DNA from: Antedon mediterranea
Lineage: Eukaryota; Animalia; Echinodermata
Direction: 5' to 3'
DNA length: 64,000 nt
Assembly (NCBI RefSeq): GCF_964355755.1
Contig: NC_092678.1
Span: forward strand, 19,175,365 to 19,239,364
Each line of letters opens with the position of its first letter. Within the stretch, counting starts at the first letter, position 1. The notes under the pieces are model-generated. The model was not told where the DNA came from and made no database searches. It saw only the letters and a list, made by a program, of their open reading frames with translations. The translations under genes and the position numbers were made by a program. Positions 40,101-49,851 of this stretch are shown piece after piece.

Positions 40101-43100
40101 TATCACTTGGGTACATTGCTGCTGTAACAACCGGCTGAGTTCCATTAAGAACTGTGTTTAACTTATTATTTTGCTATCCAATGTCGAACTTTTAAAAATT
40201 TCACTTACGTAAAGACTGTAAAAGAATTCACCAAAAAACGGAAACCCGGTCACTGGTTTGATAGTTGGGGAAATAAATTCGGACGATTGTACATCTTCGT
40301 TATACACGTCACGTAAATTGATATCGCCTTCATCATATCCCCAAGGAAAGAAATAGATTTCTGAGGAAACAGTAAGAGTTAAATGTTAGTAAATCATCTT
40401 CTTTTCTCTTCGTTAGGCCTACTCGAAATTATCATACATATTGAACACGACAACTAAAAATAAAATGAAGATATACTGTATGGTATGTTTAATTGCTTTT
40501 TATCTAACATTACAGTTAAAATATTTGTGCCGACACCATAGTGCACGGTAAGTTTAAAGCTCTGTCTACACTATCAAACTAGCTTGACAAAAAAAGAGTA
40601 ATGTGCCCAAATATGGTAGTGATATGACGTCATCGTGTCCATATATGGGCACATCACATTTTATTGTTTTATGGTGTAAACAGAGCTCTATTTTAAGCAC
40701 GTGTCAGTCATTCATTTGCCTTTCTAATCACTTCATTTGGTACCTTTTTAAAAAAGACTTCAACAAAACTTTTAATAGGCCTAAGCTTGTATGAGGTTGA
40801 TGTCGAAAATTATACACATTTTACAATTCAATTGTAATGTTGATTATGAATACAATTATCGAGAGGTATTTTTCATACAAAATGAAGCAATATTTACCTT
40901 GGCAAGTGTGACCATCTCCAAAGTAGCCCTCGTTGCACGTACAGTTAAAACTTCCATCAGTGTTCACACATGTTGATGTAGTATTACCTGCACATGCGCC
41001 ATCTTGGTTGCATTCGTTAATATCTTAGAAAGGCAATTTAAAAAGCAGGACACTTAGATGTTTTATTCCTTTAAGCGAACCAGATCATTTTCATAAAAGG
41101 TGTTTGCTTGTGATATCATACGAGGTGTAAAGTGTAAAGATATGTAGGCCTACTACTAGTGACATGTTAGCTGTCTGCAAAAATGATGATAAGTCGATTT
41201 AGGAAAACATTCTTAAATTTTTTTAAAACCTAATTAGAGGTACATATCTTCTTTCTGGTATGCAGAGAGAAGAACTGGTTGTTACAATGGCAGACAAGAA
41301 ATTATGGAGCCATTTCAGTCACAAAACTTTGTTGCAAGTTAGGCTTACACAAGTTTATGTAACATATGTGTGTGGTCTGATTGTAATCTATGTGAAATTA
41401 ATTGCATTCGTCCCATAATAAATAACATTAAAATGTAAGCCTACCAATGCATTTGTTCTCAACTTGTTCATATCCGGCAGGACAACTGCATTCATAGCTA
41501 CCTTCTGTATTGAGACAGGTTGCCAAAACGTCACACGGTAAATCAGCACACTCGTCAATATCTAGATAGAAATTATTTATTTTGTAAAAAAAGAAATAGA
41601 TCGTTCAGTGTTCTAATTGGAATCAGTTACCCATTGAAGTAGGGTACCTTTTTTCTCTACCATATTTAACTAAGTGTCACTATTGCATGTATCCGGCATA
41701 CACTGTAGGCCAACTTGGAAGGGCCATCAAGCACTGTTTCCTGGTAATTTAGTAGGCCTAAGTTATTTACCTCGACAAGACCGTGGAAGGGCCATCAAGC
41801 ACTGTTTCCTGGTAATTTAGTAGGCCTAAGTTATTTACCTCGACAAGACCGTGGTAGTGCATCCAAGTAAATGCCATTATCACACGTCGTGGACGTAGCA
41901 TCGGCTGGCAAAAGTTGGTAACCAGCGGTACAACTAAATGATACCAGAGAACCATGGGTAAAGTTACCATCTATGATGATATCGTCTGATAAAACGAGTT
42001 CAATACAGTCCTCTGCAAAAAGGAAATGTTCTATTTTATTGAAGGTCTTATAATTTATAATAAAAAAAGTGTGCTCAGTACTTTAACATAATGAAGACGA
42101 GCCATTATGATTTTATATTTCGAACTGTATGTTTATTTTATTCTTCAGGAATTCTTAAAATGAAAGTATAAACTATAATAATACCACATTTATATAGCGC
42201 CCTTTTCATGAGTAACCATGCTCAAAGGCGCTTTACAAGCATTATTACCCCAATATTTTTTGGGATCAAACACGTATGGAAACATACTCCCATAATGCAG
42301 CCGGTAACCAGCGCAAAGTTGTGTCTAGATCTAACTGGGTACCCATTTATACACCTGGGTGGAGAGAGGCAACGTAAGTAAAGTATCTTGCCTACGGATA
42401 CAAGCAATGCGGCAAGAGTTGGATTCGAACCTAGGTCTGACGATCGGTAGTCCAACGTCCAACACACTGCGCCACACGCCACACGCCCTTACACTATAAA
42501 CTTCCATCAAAATACAAATTAGGCTTGAGTAAGAATAAAAATTGAGTGTTGTAGCCTATGTGTATGATGTAATATAACTTGTGTAAACAATCAAAAAGCT
42601 GTCGTAACAGAAGAAGGAATGCTGCTTCAACCTAGAGCTTTTGATCAGCCCCTTGTGACGTCATCAATGTATCAATTTTCTTGAAAATCAAAATGGGAAA
42701 TTTAAAAATGAAATTCAGGAGGAAAATTATTGTGGATGTTATTAAAACAAAACAATTAAAAAAAAGTTCTCTGAAACATAGCAAACTACTTAGAAGCAGA
42801 CAATGGCAGAGGACATTGTGACCAATATTAAAGATATCAATAACTCAAGATTTTATTAAGCTTTTATGGTGTCATCGGATTTTATATCGATTTTAAGCAA
42901 ATAAAAGGCATGGTCTTTTTGCATTTATCTATTTACACAAAAAAATCAAAGAGTTATTCTTACCCTGGCAAGTCGGGAACTCGTTGAATGTATATCCATT
43001 ACAAAGTACTTCCGGTTGACCTACAAGGGTATACCCTTCTCTACAGGTAAAATTAACATATGAGCCAGACTCGTACAAGCATTGGTTGCCATCACCGGCT

Positions 43101-46100
43101 ATACTGTTTAGTGGTAATATGTATGCATCGACATTGCATTTGTCTAAAGAAATGGAAAAACCGAAAAACAAACAGTAATTGTTTGATAAATAAATCTTAA
43201 AAAAGATTAAGTAATGAAATTCTGTTTGCATACAGAATTTTATTTAATGCAGAGGGGTATGACATGAACCCCCCCCCCCCCCGCCCCACCAACACCCACC
43301 TATGCATTGATATTAAACCATGGAGGAAAAAATAAACACATTAGCCAAAAATGATGGCTGTGAACAAGTTTAGATTTGTTTTAAGCAACGTACAAGTTCT
43401 ATTAAATTGCGCATTAAAAGACAGCTCCGGGTTTAAAATGTGAACAGTTATACCTGGAGTTATCCTTCACAGTTTGACGATAATTGGTGTGAAAAGTATG
43501 AACACCAAGTCTGTGTAGGCCTACACATATTAAATCTTGAAACAAGATAATGATGTTTTAGCGCTATTTCGTAAACATCAGGGCCCGTTGGTTACAAACG
43601 CGTTAACCCTGTCAGCCATTTTTATATACAATACAATAAAGTACAGTTGAAATTAGTGCATGCTAAGTACCACTAGTGCATGCTAAGTACCACTAGTACT
43701 GTTTAAGTTAGTTTCTGTGCGAATACCATTAGGCCTACTTAATAGAACTCGATTAAAAGTAGGCCTACTTATCAGAGTTTATTCGTTAAGACCAGCAGAC
43801 AAAACTTGCACTTGATCTTGTCTATCTTAAAATGATCTACTTATCATCACAACGACAATGTGTTATCCTTTTGTTTTATGTTACGTAATCGCTATTGTAT
43901 CATTGTTGTCACTACTACTGCTTTACCGTTACTTCACCAGTCGGCTAATTGGCTAACATCGTTGTTGTTTTTAACACTGGTCGGGCTCATTGATTTCTTC
44001 ATCCATTGGTCTAGACATGATCGCTCATTTCAGGATCTCTCAGTCAGGTCTTCAGTGTAAAGTATGTTCCGACCTTGGTAAGTAAACGCTTTTACACTTC
44101 AATAACATGATATAAATGATGAGCCTACTTAAATACTAAAAAGAAAATCAAATCAATGCATTTGAGTTGACGAGCAGACAGATCTTGAACTTGAACTCGT
44201 CCATCCGCCATTTTACTTTGATTGGTCTTCCTTATCACACTTGACAACAATCTTTTGTTTTCTGTTACGTAATCGTCATTGTATCATCACTCTCTTACGT
44301 TACCAGTTGGCTAATTGGGCCTTTGATTTTACAGGTACAGTACTTATCGTTGTTGTTGTTTGTACGGTCCGGTTGTACCGCTGATGATGACAGATTTCTC
44401 AAAAGTAGCATATTTAGTCTGTCTAGACATGATCAGGTAAGTTTAGTTTCCTATCCTTAACTTATTAAAACTCTCACAAAACTATACAATTATTTAAATG
44501 AATATGATACTATCGGGAAAGAGTAATCTTCACTGATAACTATAAAGTAGTTACGTAAAACACAGCGTTTTTCCGTCAAAGAAGCGACATTTCGTTATTG
44601 TACCGTAGTTAACGAACAACAAATTGTCATAGACGTGTGTTTGCTCTACGAAGCTTACAAATCGCGTAATTATTTTCCTTCATAGACGTAAGCGTTATGT
44701 TAAGCGAAACAGCGATATTTTTTTTTCATATACGTGCGCTATGCCAACTCTATACCAACTCTATACCATACTACCTCCTGTATAGGAAGTTGTGCGATTT
44801 ATGTTTCGTTACAGACGTGACGTTACTATACCATAAGTTAGATGAAACATGCCTCGTTTTCGTGTGAGAATGAGAAGACATTGATTGTTTTTTTCGCCGT
44901 AACCATACGGAAAGTCGACCGCAAATCACAAATTAACGATTTGCCAAAGAAGTTATTATTTGTTTGTCTTATCTGCAGTGTCTTGGTCTAAATCATCTAA
45001 AAAATATAAGCCTACGTACCAGAACACAGTACCTGATCCTCGTCTGCGTTATTAGGACAGTCGTTCTCATAGTTGTCACATACATAGCAGTTATAAATAC
45101 ATACAGAAGTGTCCGGACAACGAAATTCTTCAAAACCACACGACCCTAAATAAAATAATATAAAACAATTTGCATATACAACTGTAATATATCGGTTAAA
45201 CATAAACAGACAACACGTAGGAAGACATTAAGAGGAGGAGTCTTGTAGCTGACATTATATCTTCTCATCTAAAACCTACACCAGCTGTAAGGCGTTATAT
45301 ATATTTGGTTTTAAACTACATCTCTTAGTTTTGTTTTTTGTTTTTGTTTTTTTTTTTAATTTTGTATCTATTATGTTGTGTTTATTGTTTTATGTCTTTT
45401 ATGTAAAAGGGTCCTGCGAAAACAGAAGTGTAAACTTCTCTATGCAGGATCCTTGCCATCATTTATGCTATGAAACTGTATTTATAAACGATGAGTAAAT
45501 AAATGTGAATTGAATTGAATTTAATTTAATTGAATTAGTACAGTAACTAATAATAGAAGTTTCTTTCCAATTTTCAAATAGATACAAATTTCTATATTAA
45601 AGATGTGTTGATTTTTTGTTGAATATTTTAAGGTCACATAATAGTTGACCAAAAATCAAATTAAAAAAATAAAGGTATTTACTAAAAAAACTGTAATTTA
45701 AAGCAACAACTAGTAAAATAGGTTGTTGGTTGAATTTAATCATTTATTTTGTAATTTTTTATAAGTAAAAACATTTTTTTCTTCATTTTTTGGTTCTACG
45801 GAAGTGACTTTACTCAATCTACAAAATAACCTATTTAAATTGTGATTTAATTAATCTTCATTTTTTTGTGAGGGGGCGAGGGGGACGAAGACATATTTAA
45901 ACTATACACTGTATAATATTATTAAATGAATTGAACAGAAATTAATATGAAAAATATTGCACTTACCACATTTTTCTTCTGATTCGTCTGAAGCATCCAC
46001 ACAATCAGCAATTCCGTCACACGTTAGTCCTTCACGAATGCACACACTATCACTACTACACATGAAGTACCCTTCATAGCAGAAGTCAGCTAAACAAAAG

Positions 46101-49100
46101 AAATAAACACGTACCGTAAATCTTCTAATTGTAACCTAGGTTTGTATTCTTTTATTTTTTTTAGGGTGGGCATCTGAAAATAGTAACCCACCCCAAATTT
46201 TCCGGTCAGCAACTCATAGCAAAATAATAAAACAGTAGGAATAAACAAATTTGGTTGAATTCTAACTTTATTTTATAAACTCAACAACACTCAATCCTCC
46301 CCTGCATTATCTCCTTATTTTCAAAATACGGCTGCATCATAAGTTGTTGTGACTCTAATAGTAACCCCCATGGATTACTATTAGAGTAGTGGGTTGTTAA
46401 TTATAGATTGACTTATAAGGTGGGTTAGCTACTGTATTAGAAGATTTACGATATTTGATAATTCTGCGTCTAGAATTGGATTCTGATTGTATAACATAAT
46501 TTATTTGTGTGTTATTTCTTTAATCAATAAACCCTATACGTTAGCAATTTACAACAATGCAGTGGTAGGTTAAAATGGTATACACCTTCAAATTTATAAA
46601 GTTTTGTATTGAATCATAAAGAATCATTTGCGTCATAGTGGCCTTGATAGATTCTGTTTTTACTGACCGGTTTTTAATGTTTGTTTTTTGTCAAATAAAT
46701 TAAATGAACGCAAACACTATATAGTCATATCCATCAATTTTAGAAAGTTTCATAAAAACATAATAACAATTATTTTTTTTAATCGAATAATTTATTGACT
46801 TGTGTTATACAACCAAGGGAGCAGTCGCTTTGAATATTAAGAGAAAAAGGGGATGGAAGAAAGGTGTGTGAACCAAACGAATTTCCGATAGTAGGCCTAT
46901 ATATACGATGTGACAAAGTATTAGTATATTTTAGAGTTTTCTCAGTCCAAAACTGGCATGGGGCATGGCATAACGGTGACCTGATATAATAACATGCAAC
47001 TTACATCTGATGGCTTCTAGTTCTATATGAAATCCTGTTCCACTAACTGCAGTGCTGGAATCAAACGTAATCCATATATAACTGTTATCGATTGTTACGT
47101 CATCAAATGTTGAGTTACCAGTTGCTCTGAACAATACAGATGTCCAATTGCGAACGTTCTCACCTTCACCGATTGTTACAAAATCTAAACATTCTTCTAA
47201 GTTGATGTCAATAAAAGAAATTTTAATTGAGATGATACGATGGCTTCTGTCCCTTGCTTCCACGTACCAGGAACAATTAGCGACCGCGTTGTATTGATTG
47301 GGGTAGTCTGGTGACGTCAGCGTGTATTTTTCGTTGACATTTAACATAATTTCCTTCTCACTACAATCGTCATCTATTGGGAAAAGAAGTTAAGCAATAA
47401 ACATAATAATTATACAATATTATTGCCCTCTAAATTCCTTACACTTCATTTAAAATGTGTTCAAAATGTGCAATGTTTCTTCTAAAAATAGTAAAAGTAA
47501 TGACGAAAAGATTGTATTGACTATAATTACTGTATTGTTTTTAAAGAAATGGAAAGTAAACAATTTGTTTATAGTAACCTGATTGTACACAAGTTAGGCT
47601 AATATAAAGTGCGACAACTATTACATAAACTGTACTATACAAAACGTCACTGGCAGTGTGTAACCGTAATAAGTCTGACCATTATAGGGGGCTTAATTTG
47701 TCCTTTATATTATTTTATTTCTGTCCACAATGGCATTGGTGTGCACAATAGAAGTTTACCATTGAAAGTAAAGACCTTTCCACTGAGTTTTTGCCCAAAA
47801 TAAGGGTTGGGCTGACTAGTTGATCCGCCACCGCTGATTTCTATGAAACGCCCACTGCCTCTGTTAGGACATTTTGTATAGTGTTAGTATCTTCGCAAAG
47901 TGTATTATAATATACAATATATGCATATTAATGTTATTTTAGAAATTATAAAATAAAAAAGTGTTCTGACCAATTTCCGTTGGAGTCGGTTGTGTATTAA
48001 AACAATGCTCATCTTCGTTTTGGGCACAATCATCCACCTCATCGCACACGAATAATGATGAAATGCAAGATTTATCAAAGCATTGCAAACTGCAATCGTC
48101 TGAAAGCGAAGTATAGGATGAAGTTAGACATTGTACTAAAATGTCCACCCAAGCGCACAATTCCATGAAACACATACAATTCCACCGCCACTATCCCTCT
48201 CCCACTGCACACACGCAGAAAACAGACCGCTTTTAAACTTGTTCAATATAGTACGCGGTTGCTTTTTTACATAGCCAGTGTTATGGCCATTTTTTGTTTT
48301 AAAAAGTGCAAGATACCAATACCATTATTAACTGCCTCGTGTTGATAATTACTATCAAGCAAACCATTATAGTATATGGTACTCGTGGATTTCTTATTAA
48401 AAAGTACACACACATCAACTAATACCAGTATGCTTCCGGACGGTGCACTATTTGGCACACATGGCGTGTCATAACTATAATAGGACTCAATATATATTAG
48501 ATATATTATATTAAAATCATCTAATTTTGTAAACAAAACTCCCACATTACATAAAATAAACAATGACTAAATTATCAGTGCTGTACCTGTGACATCTGGA
48601 CATTCCTCATGTTCATCACTTCCATCGGGACAATCCAGTACTTTGTCACAAACTCGGGTGGTTGGAATGAAACTGCCATCGTCACATGGAAATACGTTAC
48701 AGCTTGCAACTACAGATAACATACATAACATATATACAATGGATTAAATATCTACATTTTATTGAAAATTATTGGGTATATGGCAACATGTTTTCTTTAT
48801 AGCGAATGTATAAAGAATAAAATGAAAATTTCAGGGAACATGGCAAAATGATTCCTAATTAAGTTATCAGATAGTCCATGTTGTTTTGTAACCATGACCA
48901 GTGCTGAATTTGCATATTTTTTCCCATAACTGTGAACTAAATTTCAAATTAAGATCAAAGTTAAGGTTAATAGACCTATAATTTTCTTTGGAAGACTGCA
49001 CCCTAGTTTTGTTTCGTTGGCCACAGACAAAAGTTTGTAGTGCATTATTATAAGATTGTTGGTAAAGATGTTCTACAATGACCAAATTGTGAAAAATGTT

Positions 49101-49437
49101 ATAAAAATGATACCATAAAATAGCTTTTATTACGGTTAATGACAGAGATAATTTGTTGAAGAAAACTTGGATAGGCTACGTTCCAAATGGATGATTAGAT
49201 TTTCCTATTTCAGTTCGTTTACAAATCCTAATGAATAGGTCAACTGAGGCACAAAATGTATGTGAATACAACCAGACAAAGGAGGCCTTAATTAAACTGT
49301 TCATTAAAATAAGCCACAGTAACTCAAAACAAAAAAGGCAAGTTCTTACCTTCCGATTTAACGCTACATGGTATTAGCGTAATTATACAAAGTCCAACAA
49401 TATTTAAGAACATAGTACGACTAGATTCTGTGGACAT
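16098..49437 (-). CDS. Multi-exon gene (49 exons, ~2637 aa): MUC4/SUSD2/mesh-like mosaic type I membrane protein, SP-LDLa2-CUB-LDLa2-CCP2-EGF2-NIDO-AMOP-VWD-Ig/cadherin-like-EGF~20-SEA-EGF2-SEA-EGF-TM-tail
   Basis: Hand-spliced exons are phase-compatible and sum to 7914 nt (multiple of 3) with no internal stop, given one GC donor at 21592; domains recognised from Cys spacing and motifs (DINEC, IAPFWSD, TFQAIL, GDPH, GSVV). Confidence 0.88.
16735..16952 (-). CDS. Exon 48: transmembrane helix and cytoplasmic tail
   Basis: [28 protein letters not shown] then basic KRIHKLK stop-transfer; gtaagt donor, phase 0. Confidence 0.9.
17373..17498 (-). CDS. Exon 47: juxtamembrane EGF
   Basis: [34 protein letters not shown]. 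Confidence 0.92.
17812..19740. repeat. 1.9-kb GAA-rich 15-bp minisatellite (gaagaagaaaaacaa)n in intron 46
   Basis: Over 100 copies with caa/caataa variants; internal ~434-bp duplication (markers at 17923 and 18357). Confidence 0.97.
19769..19979 (-). CDS. Exon 46: SEA domain 2, second half with GSVV
   Basis: [14 protein letters not shown]...; phase 0-1. Confidence 0.9.
20346..20915. mobile_element. ~570-bp MITE with perfect 22-bp terminal inverted repeats (PIF/Harbinger-like or TA-flanked)
   Basis: taatacccctttcacaccaaaa (20346-20367) / ttttggtgtgaaaggggtatta (20894-20915); subterminal ctccggag and ctttcacaccaa repeats. Confidence 0.9.
21013..21146 (-). CDS. Exon 45: SEA domain 2, first half
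   Basis: ...[24 protein letters not shown] (SEA-type L.dp.S..Y motif). Confidence 0.88.
21592..21717 (-). CDS. Exon 44: cbEGF, ending at an inferred GC donor
   Basis: [42 protein letters not shown]; AAG|gcaggt is the only donor that keeps both the frame and the last Cys. Confidence 0.8.
21864..22245. repeat. Degenerate ~20-bp minisatellite (ttttgtcgacaaaacgacca)
   Basis: About 17 diverged units in intron 43. Confidence 0.8.
22325..22459 (-). CDS. Exon 43: EGF-like
   Basis: [42 protein letters not shown]. Confidence 0.88.
22616..22850 (-). CDS. Exon 42: SEA-like domain 1, second half
   Basis: VLNLLNTT...IQVTFRVDL...[10 protein letters not shown]; phase 0-1. Confidence 0.82.
23633..23745 (-). 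CDS. Exon 41: SEA-like domain 1, first half
   Basis: [15 protein letters not shown]...RKALAYD; phase 1-0. Confidence 0.8.
24175..24300 (-). CDS. Exon 40: cbEGF
   Basis: [34 protein letters not shown]. Confidence 0.92.
24399..24521 (-). CDS. Exon 39: cbEGF
   Basis: [40 protein letters not shown]. Confidence 0.92.
24846..24983 (-). CDS. Exon 38: cbEGF
   Basis: [32 protein letters not shown]. Confidence 0.9.
25690..25935 (-). CDS. Exon 37: two cbEGF
   Basis: [17 protein letters not shown]...[12 protein letters not shown]...GDGFIC. Confidence 0.93.
26253..26369 (-). CDS. Exon 36: cbEGF
   Basis: [38 protein letters not shown]. Confidence 0.92.
26437..26560 (-). mobile_element. SINE 3' fragment related to the Deu/Nin-type SINE
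   Basis: Minus strand reads catctttcggaagagtagagggttaccccagtgta, matching the core of 31658-31965. Confidence 0.55.
27205..27360 (-). CDS. Exon 35: cbEGF with an extra Cys pair
   Basis: [51 protein letters not shown]. Confidence 0.92.
27441..27560 (-). CDS. Exon 34: cbEGF
   Basis: [32 protein letters not shown]. Confidence 0.92.
28207..28332 (-). CDS. Exon 33: cbEGF
   Basis: [41 protein letters not shown]. Confidence 0.92.
28821..28946 (-). CDS. Exon 32: EGF-like
   Basis: [35 protein letters not shown]. Confidence 0.88.
29450..29572 (-). CDS. Exon 31: cbEGF
   Basis: [31 protein letters not shown]. Confidence 0.92.
   Translation of the reverse strand: MLMNVNLALITVTKFAATRLARFLVIALIVLKYKMTVFHV
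29859..29978 (-). CDS. Exon 30: cbEGF
   Basis: [39 protein letters not shown]. Confidence 0.92.
30285..30410 (-). CDS. Exon 29: cbEGF
   Basis: [33 protein letters not shown]. Confidence 0.92.
30872..31117 (-). CDS. Exon 28: two cbEGF
   Basis: [12 protein letters not shown]...[12 protein letters not shown]...GDGVTC. Confidence 0.93.
31348..31470 (-). CDS. Exon 27: cbEGF
   Basis: [40 protein letters not shown]. Confidence 0.92.
31658..31965 (+). mobile_element. Full-length tRNA-derived SINE with Deu/Nin-type central domain
   Basis: A box tggccgagcgg, B box ggttcgaggc, core tcggataaggactacaaaccgtaggtcc...ttaaagaacc...gagtagggggttaccccggtg, AT-rich tail; near-identical copy at 35491-35765. 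Confidence 0.85.
32078..32209 (-). CDS. Exon 26: cbEGF
   Basis: [33 protein letters not shown]. Confidence 0.92.
32302..32418 (-). CDS. Exon 25: cbEGF
   Basis: [38 protein letters not shown]. Confidence 0.92.
32609..32789 (-). CDS. Exon 24: EGF-like end plus EGF
   Basis: [12 protein letters not shown]...[12 protein letters not shown]...[15 protein letters not shown]. Confidence 0.9.
33305..33489 (-). CDS. Exon 23: beta-sandwich end and EGF-like start
   Basis: GELSWRP...ATDSRGA...CSCFNDGVC. Confidence 0.88.
34116..34301 (-). CDS. Exon 22: Ig/cadherin-like beta-sandwich, part 1
   Basis: NFPPNITG...[17 protein letters not shown]. Confidence 0.85.
34848..35108 (-). CDS. Exon 21: post-VWD region
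   Basis: [12 protein letters not shown]...FSPIF...[14 protein letters not shown]...GTQT. Confidence 0.9.
35243..35356 (-). CDS. Exon 20: VWD C-terminus
   Basis: [15 protein letters not shown]...ELYDFGLT(W). Confidence 0.9.
35491..35765 (-). mobile_element. 5'-truncated copy of the same SINE
   Basis: Reverse complement closely matches 31696-31965. Confidence 0.87.
35888..36076 (-). CDS. Exon 19: VWD
   Basis: ...[10 protein letters not shown]...RTKGLY. Confidence 0.88.
36278..36365 (-). CDS. Exon 18: VWD
   Basis: [29 protein letters not shown]; phase 0-1 bridges its neighbours. Confidence 0.8.
36549..36748 (-). CDS. Exon 17: VWD start with GDPH
   Basis: [28 protein letters not shown]...LQGR...ATAFTAFAA. 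Confidence 0.95.
36978..37146. repeat. ~85-bp tandem duplication in a GC-richer, probably TE-derived intronic segment
   Basis: agtcaattactcta...gcgggcgccctactcc twice. Confidence 0.85.
37416..37535 (-). CDS. Exon 16: AMOP C-terminus
   Basis: DILPRYACC...[20 protein letters not shown]. Confidence 0.92.
   Translation of the reverse strand, partial: TRIFYRAMPVALSPMTPIIVTCTRKPVQPEHAEVTYLLT
37814..37996 (-). CDS. Exon 15: AMOP
   Basis: SPFCITT...[11 protein letters not shown]. Confidence 0.9.
38460..38955 (-). CDS. Exon 14: NIDO C-terminus and AMOP start
   Basis: [21 protein letters not shown]...GQWLFRL...CQDWY...CPC. Confidence 0.9.
39242..39448 (-). CDS. Exon 13: NIDO
   Basis: ...GRVRRNTD...[18 protein letters not shown]. 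Confidence 0.88.
39848..40015 (-). CDS. Exon 12: NIDO
   Basis: FTENGVI...[11 protein letters not shown]...GNVFYQ. Confidence 0.92.
40209..40360 (-). CDS. Exon 11: NIDO N-terminal extension
   Basis: [11 protein letters not shown]...[22 protein letters not shown], as in MUC4/nidogen-type NIDO regions. Confidence 0.9.
40555..40690. mobile_element. MITE of the same family as 5380-5543
   Basis: taaagctctgtctacac...gtgtaaacagagctcta termini; interior is the reverse complement of the 5380 copy. Confidence 0.75.
40898..41023 (-). CDS. Exon 10: calcium-binding EGF
   Basis: [41 protein letters not shown]. Confidence 0.92.
41445..41561 (-). CDS. Exon 9: calcium-binding EGF
   Basis: [38 protein letters not shown]. 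Confidence 0.92.
41716..41854. repeat. Perfect 68-bp tandem duplication spanning the exon 8 splice donor
   Basis: 41716-41783 equals 41784-41851 with tgg junction microhomology. Confidence 0.93.
41839..42012 (-). CDS. Exon 8: CCP/sushi domain
   Basis: [56 protein letters not shown]. Confidence 0.88.
42180..42488 (-). mobile_element. tRNA-derived CORE-type SINE with L2/CR1-like tail
   Basis: Minus strand: tggcgcagtg (A box), ggttcgaatcc (B box), ggcaagatacttta...tgcctctctccacccaggtgtataaatgggtacc core, gcgctatataaat tail. Confidence 0.8.
42964..43143 (-). CDS. Exon 7: CCP/sushi domain
   Basis: [37 protein letters not shown]. Confidence 0.9.
45020..45145 (-). CDS. Exon 6: LDLa repeat
   Basis: [39 protein letters not shown]. 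Confidence 0.92.
45597..45900. mobile_element. Degenerate copy of the TTAA-flanked MITE at 53073-53420
   Basis: ttaa-agatgtgttg...ggggacgaagacatat-ttaa; interior similar (gatttaattaatcttcattttt). Confidence 0.7.
45967..46089 (-). CDS. Exon 5: LDLa repeat
   Basis: [38 protein letters not shown]. Confidence 0.92.
47005..47373 (-). CDS. Exon 4: CUB domain
   Basis: [10 protein letters not shown]...CSWYV...[20 protein letters not shown]...WITFDSS...GTGFHIE. Confidence 0.93.
47971..48099 (-). CDS. Exon 3: LDLa repeat
   Basis: [31 protein letters not shown]; phase 1-1. Confidence 0.9.
48587..48709 (-). CDS. Exon 2: LDL-receptor class A repeat (5 Cys)
   Basis: [36 protein letters not shown]; ag/gt, phase 1-1. 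Confidence 0.9.
49350..49437 (-). CDS. Mosaic gene exon 1: start and signal peptide ([29 protein letters not shown])
   Basis: ATG, hydrophobic core, G|gtaag phase-1 donor; second in-frame Met at 49413. Confidence 0.8.
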
Positions 49438-49851
49438 ACAGGTTCTGGTAAACTGGTGTGCCTAACCGTTTCCCTTTTCGAAGGAGCACTAACGTCGCAT
49501 CTACACCTCAGTTTCGTCACAAATTCAACAACAACTTTTTGATTCAATGCGGAACACAATTCACAAATGTGAATTCACTTATAACTCCTTGTCTAAGAAT
49601 ATTCTGTTGTCTATATTAGGCTAGAACTCCAATTTTAGAATTGGTTCCTAATAGTGTTACTGTACGTTGATTTCTATAGAATATTATATGACACATGTCA
49701 ACGTTGAAATCACACGATAGCGTGCTTTCTTAACAACGTCTATTCATATTTGGTGGTGTGTACTTTAATCCGGTGCTTGTTTTCTTTTGGGCGTTTTGTC
49801 TGATATGGATTTTGAAAGAGTCGCTGTACTGACGTGCAAAGAGAGTATTAT

